64,000 nt of DNA from Polyangiaceae bacterium (GTDB lineage: Bacteria > Myxococcota_A > Polyangia > Polyangiales > Polyangiaceae): assembly GCA_050287085.1 (NCBI GenBank), contig JBNKBE010000017.1, forward strand, positions 32,419 to 96,418, in the 5' to 3' direction. The notes below the pieces were generated by a model. The model was not told the DNA's origin and ran no database searches. It saw nothing but the letters and a program-made list of their open reading frames with translations. Every line of letters begins with the position of its first letter. Positions within the stretch are counted from its first letter, which is position 1. A program made the translations under genes and the position numbers. Below, in pieces: positions 58,601-64,000 of the stretch.

Positions 58601-58718
58601 AGAGTGGGGCTTCGGGCAGGGGGGGCGGCTTCATGATCGGGTGCCGGAAACGACTGAAGGGGCCGGCAACGATCAACGCTGCACCCCCATGCACCGACAG
58701 GGTTACAGATGCACCCAC
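52692..58718 (-). CDS. Giant Pro-rich / helical / pseudokinase / TPR protein
   Basis: Kinase fold with HGQLAARN and LGLG in place of HRD and DFG, plus LAPE and SDVYAL; >1000 aa of TPR-like repeats; C-terminal W....D.TSDRLALL. The start may be ATG 58634. Confidence 0.85.
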   Translation of the reverse strand: MGASVTLSVHGGAALIVAGPFSRFRHPIMKPPPLPEAPLFVPSSARGAGGEREASASEPWVPSSGQASSVPVRSHVRPPPPLALPPDSPYAAVVSRPPPDLKIGVPRSSLELPRLSPPPPVRSSGGSARSSRLPGGEPPRSPHPVLPPAPLPPPTELLLRRVSVSAAASTVAQDAPQPRHRAQRGPASVPPGEQAGSAGFPIRRRYYDPGLLRQLTNELERRFAVEELLELVAQQGGGGTGQIVLEPGFPQARPALARRLVETAIEEDSVLALLDAVRCHHADLHPLLQLHVSAGVAGAPALERGDELGGYLLLRELDRDVSSANFWARRDGADYRLQVLGYYASVDSARLQRLRHALRRAAGVSHPALESNVRLESLDGLYAVVADYKSGQLLSERLSVSGGMAFGAARKLLRKVLEPVVKLHEAGVIHGQLAARNILVLDSKGEHDVQLLGLGRNWLWDGTLAHAPTLALAPELIKGAEPTPASDVYALAALIYELLTGQPLFSAGSPQELLMAHLSETPPGLDALDGARALPSNVERLVLRALDKDPHRRPGSAGEFLAELQSSGGVSLPPPPRAAAALLDERLASLREIPADRRRLLEVLQCVRSGAEARGVGDALWRLAHDLGDTSEPDVRVRLLEEAAHVYLSPGAHPGGAKSAYLAALEIHPGDLAILSPLAALYEELKEFESLVELTRAHASKIVKPGERARLLTRTAVALESGLGDFLAALDMYVEAFCLDPEERSLAVAIERLAGAHSGGWARVIEACLAYVAPTPGTPMTAGRLTVLNALARWYDLSGDLAAAEQSWRMVLEAVDVKGKAPASMDPLAEGDRLTADAAGDNTSTAGQLVLRASVAFSRAFESLSALLRRQQRFDELGALLVELASRPYTPPVEARDMLAEAATVYGERLGAWDTAVSLYRRVFDIDPGHNAAAEGLLGYLLERQDWSEAAALQVARAEVKRGESRCQLLCAAARIWTERVGEVSTAAALYRRALEASPGHREPLDALAQLLAGGGRFQELLDVLIHQLDLVATPRQKAALWVRIACLYEGEYLDRHAAINAYEKALTLAPSAGEALEALVRLYAADEDWTNVVSACRGLLALRDGEAHRATGLALAELLVERLGDWNAAVLVLEGLCAVHPDDPELLLRLAELRMGAGDLEGALALIDEVGDHVDDDEKGAHYYAVGRLLDRAGHTDEALERYKAAVEENPAARAFVETLREAYEQAGDYAALAELLKSDLRRVRGAQAQARLYGELARLYHERLRDDAEAEQMAIRAQGLDASNLDANLVRGVIAYRAERYGAAAQHLQHLAPRLDRLGADGARVGTMYARALQQSGRAELALEAISKLQQERPGELSVLACAAEIAFEAAEPERSLILQRRLLRLQGDDAPVSERAETLFRLGTSAAQVRSFAEAIAALQESLALDAAQPNALQVLSHCFEQQGLWKDMAETLYSELEFAEGERRYELLVELGDLALERLDEPEYAAQNYLTAHRGWPQDRRVLLKLLHVYCDLERWKSVVAVILKLVQLLDDPVAKARYYRTAALVAERKLGDVARGTRLLDEALALDPDAEDLVQSALKLSRVSGDGRRLAELLKREIRIASKHHDKGRMMAALGELADVYLNKMGSVRQAIAVHEGALELEPDNEALVDYLTRAYTAHPEQYLDKAIALNQRALDKEPLRAEAIAALRQLYAYARNSDATWCVVRVLCALELASGEELAFFERFKSRQGAVFTEGLLPEEWVSVILHPAADSQLTSFLAILAPSIAMASALGYPERYPQFEPINPIGHASPVLSSLAYIADVLAQPIPSVVAEPWNDEPLSLLPDNPNVLVVGRTGMDSRSDLREAAVVAARGLMRVLPGVLLHGLLGGTGELKVWFLAGLLQVHPHCEVPSELREDILTAAEWLEEQLSAEQVERLSWLSAQLTKEHAQVDLKAWGKGVDYTSDRLALLVCDDLDVVVCAIREAREPFAVASADERLAELCRYAMSEPYFALRRRLGIALG

Positions 58719-59028
58719 ACAAGGGCAAGCCCAAAGCAGCGCGCGCCGGCCTCTCGAGCGCGGCTAGCCTCTCCAGCACCCCGTGCTTGGCCGCCACAGT
58801 CGAAAAACAACGTCAAGACGCCCGAGTTGCAGCACGACCGGAAACATGGCCCAACCACAGTTCCCAATTGCACCAGCCGCAGGCGAAGCGCACTTTGCAG
58901 CCGCCAGTACCGGCAGAACGGGGCCTCTCAGCGAGGCCTCGCGTCCCTGCCAACACCCAAGTCGTCTGCGAGGTCACATCTGCTGGCCGCGGCGTCACCC
59001 GCTCCTGGGAGAACCCAGGTGCCCGCAG

Positions 59029-59541
59029 CTAGCTCAACTTGACGTCAAAACCCGGACCACATTTGCGCTGAACAGCGTCCTGCAGTGCGGTTCGCACCCA
59101 GGGCTTGTGATCTTGCCCCAGTGCGTCTGCGTAATACCAGGCGGTCAGGGGCGTGATCAGCTTGCGCCCTCTCTCCAGCTCAACGACACGCGGAGCCGAT
59201 ACCTCCAGGGAACGAGCCATCGCGCGCAGCGACACCCCGGACTTGAGTCTAAGATTCTTCAACGCCTCACCGGTGTTGGGAGCAGCGACCTTCTTCGACC
59301 GAACTTTGACCGTGTATTCGATCTCCGCCTCGTTCAGCCACCCCTGCAGGACGAGCTCGACAAGCACTCTTTGCTGCACCCCCAATGCCTCGGCGAGGCC
59401 AAGGGTTCGCTCCAGACCCAGCAGGCCCTTGCCACGCTCCAGATCACCGATGCGGGCTCGGCTAATGCCGCTTCGTCGAGCAAGCTCGGGTTGACTTAGA
59501 TTAAGCCGTTGACGGCGCTCTATGATGAGTTCAGCTAGCAT
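59029..59541 (-). CDS. Tandem (double) XRE/HigA-like helix-turn-helix regulator
   Basis: Two units: LSQPELARRSGISRARIGDLERG...AEALG...LQ and VSLRAMARSLEVSAPRVVELERG...ADALG...LQD. Confidence 0.8.
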   Translation of the reverse strand: MLAELIIERRQRLNLSQPELARRSGISRARIGDLERGKGLLGLERTLGLAEALGVQQRVLVELVLQGWLNEAEIEYTVKVRSKKVAAPNTGEALKNLRLKSGVSLRAMARSLEVSAPRVVELERGRKLITPLTAWYYADALGQDHKPWVRTALQDAVQRKCGPGFDVKLS

Positions 59542-60355
59542 CGGTGATTGTCTCTACAACGGAGAGCATTGGGAGTCCAGATCGGTTTGCATCAAAAAAT
59601 TACGGACCCGGCCGGCAATCTCGGCGACATGTTGACAGTACGTTCTCGAAGTTCACCACAAAGCGGCGCCCCACGGACGACTGCCCGCAAACACACCTGG
59701 CCTAACAGCTGTGGCAGCGGCGGATTGACGCGGTAGACTCGCTGCAAACGCGCGACGCAATTCCGAAACATGGCGTTAACGAGACGGTCACTGAACGCTG
59801 CAGAAGATGCGAAGAGGCAACATTTGTCAACGTGAGCGCACCAGTCGCTCCGGGGTTGCGATCACAGACGGCAACCGTCCAGCCGTACCTATCCAAGCCT
59901 GCGTGGCCGGAGCGACCGCGCCGCCCCGCGGCTGCACATCCGTCGAGGCCGTCCTCGCGCGCACTTCCGCGCGTGAGCCGTCCGCGGGCCGCAGGCGGAA
60001 GACGCCGCACGCCGGCGGGCGTCCCAAATTGCGACCCCCGGTATGGGCAATTCCGATGACCGTCGAGAGGCCGTCGACGGGGGGGGGTAGACGTGGGGGC
60101 GCCGTCGCCATGGGACCCGCCACCCCTCTAGCGCCGCAATTCTGCGTCTGCGGCGAATGCCCGGGCCACTAGCGCGGAAATCCAGACCCGTCAAGACCTG
60201 GCGCGCCCCGCCTCGTACAAGCCAGTGAGAGCCGGGAGCACACCGTTTCACCTAAGTCAATGGGGCGAACAATTTTGGACCGCGAGCCCCGGGTTCGCGG
60301 CTCATAACAACCGAGCGCCAAATCTCTGGCGCAGACGGGAAGCGGTCCCGAACAA

Positions 60356-62794
60356 ATGGAAGGAGCATCGATGATGTCGAGTCGTAAGGCGCAGGGACTA
60401 TGTCTCGGACTGCGCCGTGCAAACAATCTCATTGCGTTGGTAGCGCTCTCTGCCTGTGGTCATTTGGGCGCGGACGGGGAAAAACGCGACGGTGCTGATG
60501 GGGGTTCGACTCAAGTCATCGATACTGACGGCGACGGGATCCCCGATCTATCGACGACAGACGCAGACGGTGACGGCACCCCCGACGCGTGCGTAGACGA
60601 GCGCGAGTTCCTCGCCACCAAGGCCTGGCCGCAGGTCTTTGCGGCGAAGTGCATGACCTGTCACGGCCCTGGCGGTCCGGCGCAGCAGAAGAACGCGGAG
60701 CTCGCCCTGCAGCCCTCCGCCTATCCGGGCTTCCTGGACTACAACCTAGAGAACGTTCGCGACGTCGCCAAGGTCAAGATCGGCGACACGTCTCGGATCC
60801 TGCTCATGGCTCGGGGCCAAGAGAAGCACGAGGGCGGGGCCGTCTTAGCCGAAGACAGTGCGGAGTACGCGGTTCTAGAGGAGTTCGTCGCCATGCTCAA
60901 CAGCGGGGAGGCCGACGACGAGAAGGACGAAGCCAAACAGGCCGCGTGCGCGGCAGCCGCGACCGCCAGCCTAGCGCAAGTGGAACTGCTAGACGCCGCC
61001 GGTACATTGCGCAAGGCCGCTCTCCAGCTCAACGGTCGACTCCCCAAGAAGTCGGAGTTGCGCGCCGTTCGCGACGATGAGGCCGCGCTGCCGGGTACGA
61101 TCCGCGCCCTTTTCGAGGAAGACGCATTCTACGAGCGGCTGCTCGAGGTCTTCAACGATCAATGGCTTACCGACCGCTACATCAACAACGGACAAGACCT
61201 GCTCAGCAGTCGTGACTTTCCCAACCTCAATACCTACTACGACGGTCTCTCGGACGCAGACCGCGCACGCGCGCGTCGTTCCATCGCGCGCGAGCCGCTG
61301 GAGCTGATGGCCTACGTGGTCCGCAACAACCGGCCTTTCACTGAGATCGTGACGGCAGACTACACCGTACTCAACGGGTTCACGGCGGAGCTCTACAACG
61401 CAAACGTGAAGTTCGACGACGCGTACAATGAACACGAACTGAAGCCCGGCAAGATTCTAATCGAACGTGAGCGCGAAGATCAGGCGCGCGAGGAGATACC
61501 CTGGCCCCACGCCGGCATCTTGAGTTCGCCGGTGTTTCTCAACCGCTACCCGACGTCGCGAACGAATCGCAACCGACATCGCGCTCGAATCGTGCTCCGG
61601 GAGTTCCTCGCAACCGACATCTTGAAGGTGGCGGACCGCCCGATCGATCCGACCTCCGCTGTCACGTTTCCCAACCCGACCCAGGACGACCCCACCTGCA
61701 AAACATGCCATGTGGTGATCGACCCGATAGCAGGGGCGTTTCAGCAGTTCAGCGACAATGACCAGGAACAGCACGTGCCGGACCGCGAGTGGTACGGCGA
61801 CATGGCAGGCCCGGGCTTCGGCACCAAGCAGATGACCCTGCAGGATATCGCCGACAATCCACTGGCGTGGCTCGGCCGCCAGATCGCAGATGACCCGCGC
61901 TTCGCGATCTCCGTGGTGCGCAACGTATACAAGAGCCTGACGGGGCAAGCTCCGCTCGAGTTCCCTGACGACCCCGCGACGGGCGCCTACGCGGCTTGGC
62001 GCGCCCAGGACATCACCATCCGCGCTATCACCGACGCCTTTGTTGCCGACGACTACAACCTCAAGACGGTGATCGAAGGAATTGTCCTCAGCCCCTACTA
62101 CCGTGCGAAGAATACCTCATCCACCGCCGAAGGTGAGCTGGCGCAACAGGATGCGGTGGGCACCGCACAACTCCTAACCCCGGAGCTCCTCAATCGGAAG
62201 ATCAAGGCAGTTCTTGGACAGGAATGGCTCTCGGGCAACAATCCGGCGCTGCTGGGTGACTATCGGATCCTGTACGGAGGCATCGACTCCGACGCGGTCA
62301 CCGAACGTCTTACGACGCCCAACGGGGTCATGAGCTCCATCATGTGGCGAATGGCCAATGAGATGTCGTGCAGGACCGTCGCAACCGACTTTGCGCGACC
62401 GCAAGGCGATCGCCGCCTATTCGTCGATGTGGAACTCGATACCTTGCCCGTTAACGATCTCAACCGTGAAGACGAAGAAGGTCTCGCGGCGATCCGGAGC
62501 AACATCACCTACCTCTACGATCGATTCTTGGGCGAAAAGCTTGCCCCTGATTCGGAGGAAGCCGAGCGCGCTTTGAACCTCTTCCTAGACACCTTCTACG
62601 AAGGCAACAGCAAGTTGGCCGACGATCGGATTGGGACGGCACTGCCGCGAGACTGCCAATACCGACGTGACCCGGCCACTGGCGATGAGCTACCAGAAGC
62701 TGAGCGCCTCAGTGATGACCCTCGCTACGTAATGCGCTCTTGGATGGCGCTGACCACCTACCTTCTTTCAGACTACCGCTTCCTCTACGAATAA
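60356..62794 (+). CDS. Lipoprotein with two CxxCH heme motifs, DUF1588/DUF1592/DUF1553-like
   Basis: Lipobox LSAC; DTDGDG and DADGDG Ca-binding-like motifs; CMTCH; HAGILS...NRNRHRAR; CKTCH..IDP; ends LLSDYRFLYE. Confidence 0.8.
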   Translation: MEGASMMSSRKAQGLCLGLRRANNLIALVALSACGHLGADGEKRDGADGGSTQVIDTDGDGIPDLSTTDADGDGTPDACVDEREFLATKAWPQVFAAKCMTCHGPGGPAQQKNAELALQPSAYPGFLDYNLENVRDVAKVKIGDTSRILLMARGQEKHEGGAVLAEDSAEYAVLEEFVAMLNSGEADDEKDEAKQAACAAAATASLAQVELLDAAGTLRKAALQLNGRLPKKSELRAVRDDEAALPGTIRALFEEDAFYERLLEVFNDQWLTDRYINNGQDLLSSRDFPNLNTYYDGLSDADRARARRSIAREPLELMAYVVRNNRPFTEIVTADYTVLNGFTAELYNANVKFDDAYNEHELKPGKILIEREREDQAREEIPWPHAGILSSPVFLNRYPTSRTNRNRHRARIVLREFLATDILKVADRPIDPTSAVTFPNPTQDDPTCKTCHVVIDPIAGAFQQFSDNDQEQHVPDREWYGDMAGPGFGTKQMTLQDIADNPLAWLGRQIADDPRFAISVVRNVYKSLTGQAPLEFPDDPATGAYAAWRAQDITIRAITDAFVADDYNLKTVIEGIVLSPYYRAKNTSSTAEGELAQQDAVGTAQLLTPELLNRKIKAVLGQEWLSGNNPALLGDYRILYGGIDSDAVTERLTTPNGVMSSIMWRMANEMSCRTVATDFARPQGDRRLFVDVELDTLPVNDLNREDEEGLAAIRSNITYLYDRFLGEKLAPDSEEAERALNLFLDTFYEGNSKLADDRIGTALPRDCQYRRDPATGDELPEAERLSDDPRYVMRSWMALTTYLLSDYRFLYE

Positions 62795-62808
62795 GGACAC
62801 CCCAGCCG

Positions 62809-64000
62809 ATGAAACGACGAACGATTTTACAGCTGAGCGGGCTGCTCGGGGCCGGTTTGACCGCCCCTTTCCTCACCGCAGAGTCCCATGCCCAAGACGA
62901 GTTCGCGGGGCCATATTGGATATTTGTGACAGCCGGAGGTGGTTGGGATCCGCGTTTTCTATTCGACCCCACGATGAACCCGGAGCAAAACCAGTTCTAC
63001 TCCGAAATTGGAAATGAAGGCGACATTCGCTTCGGCTTGTGGGACTTGAGCCCGGAAGACGTCGGGCTCGAAGGCGAAGACCGACCATACCTAAATCCCC
63101 AGCGCTTCGCCGAAAACCACGGCGGACGCATGACGGTCTTCAATGGCGTTGATACTTCGACGAACAACCACGACGCCGGACAGCGAGCGATCACGTCCGG
63201 TAGCATCGCGCAGGGTGTCCCCGCTCTCGGGGCACTGCTCGCAGCAACCCACACGCCCGACAAGCCGCTGCCCTTCGTCAGCTTTGGAGGCTACGACTCA
63301 ACCTTCGACGTAGCGCCGCTCTCGCGCATTGGCGGGGCCAACCAACTGCGTCGTCTGGCGGCGCCAAACTTGCCGAACGCAGAGCAAGACGGCCTCGACG
63401 GCTACCACACCAACGACACCTACAAGCGCATTCGCAAGGCGCAGCAGAGTCGCCTGAAGCATCTGATCGGAGAGCAGCACCTGCCGAAGATCCTACGAGC
63501 CAAGGACGCGCTGGCGAAAGCCCGTATCACGGACCAGGAGCTCAAGGCTCTGCAGCTGCCGGAACTCAAAGATCTTCCAGGCCAGCTGGGGGGCGCAGAG
63601 CGACTACTGCAGTCTGGCCAGCTTGCCCTCGCCGCATTTCAGGCCGGACTCAGTACCGCCGCCAACCTGTCGATCGGCGGGTTTGACACACACGGCAACC
63701 ACGACGATCAGCACAGCCGAGCCATGGTGCAGCTGCTCACGGGCGTCGGTGCCATACTGGACGAAATCGACGACCTTGGGATGAAGGATAAGGTGTTTGT
63801 CGTCGTCGGCTCCGACTTCGGGCGCACTCCCTACAACGGAGGTGGCGGCAAAGATCACTGGCCCGTGACGAGCTACCTGACCTTCGGTCCCGGCATCAAA
63901 GGCGGCCGCGTCATCGGCGCGTCAGACGATGACCAATTTGCCAAGACGCTGGATCCGAAGACTCTGGAGGTAAAGAGCGGAGGTGTGAAGCTGACGCCAG
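62809..64000 (+). CDS. DUF1501 family Tat-exported protein (runs off the window end)
   Basis: Translated by hand: MKRRTILQLSGLLGAG Tat signal, GGGWDP, TNNH, GGFDTHGNH and SDFGRTP...GKDHWP. Absent from the ORF track because no stop lies in the window. Confidence 0.9.
   Translation, partial: MKRRTILQLSGLLGAGLTAPFLTAESHAQDEFAGPYWIFVTAGGGWDPRFLFDPTMNPEQNQFYSEIGNEGDIRFGLWDLSPEDVGLEGEDRPYLNPQRFAENHGGRMTVFNGVDTSTNNHDAGQRAITSGSIAQGVPALGALLAATHTPDKPLPFVSFGGYDSTFDVAPLSRIGGANQLRRLAAPNLPNAEQDGLDGYHTNDTYKRIRKAQQSRLKHLIGEQHLPKILRAKDALAKARITDQELKALQLPELKDLPGQLGGAERLLQSGQLALAAFQAGLSTAANLSIGGFDTHGNHDDQHSRAMVQLLTGVGAILDEIDDLGMKDKVFVVVGSDFGRTPYNGGGGKDHWPVTSYLTFGPGIKGGRVIGASDDDQFAKTLDPKTLEVKSGGVKLTP

Overview
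GC-rich window that looks myxobacterial (probably Polyangia/Sorangiineae-like). The evidence is a MYXO-CTERM sorting tail, Hanks-type kinase and TPR proteins, a CarH photoreceptor and a DUF1588/DUF1501-type pair; the taxonomy is inferred, not measured. It holds about 39 CDSs, and I found no rRNA, tRNA, CRISPR array or intact transposase. Main blocks: (1) an inorganic-carbon uptake operon (SulP, DabA, DabB and a second antiporter-like subunit) preceded by a membrane-targeted ORF ending in a RAPP motif; (2) a divergent pair of secreted lipolytic-type enzymes (patatin and Het-C/PLC-like); (3) a tight operon of kinase-pseudoreceiver, triple-TusA-DsrE fusion and pseudokinase-pseudoreceiver, lying downstream of an RpoH-like sigma gene whose promoter carries a CarH-type operator; (4) carH, DUF2141, a glycosyltransferase and crtYEIB plus an unknown His-rich membrane protein; (5) a LacI-sensor hybrid kinase convergent with a GH1 / HD-GYP pair; (6) a 2000-aa pseudokinase-TPR protein, a tandem XRE regulator and a DUF1588-like cytochrome / DUF1501 pair. 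Two dispersed intergenic repeat families are visible, one of them MITE-like. The best candidate for an undescribed system is the kinase / TusA3-DsrE / pseudokinase module, possibly under light control through CarH and the RpoH-like sigma. All family assignments come from motif recognition by eye; no database search was run.
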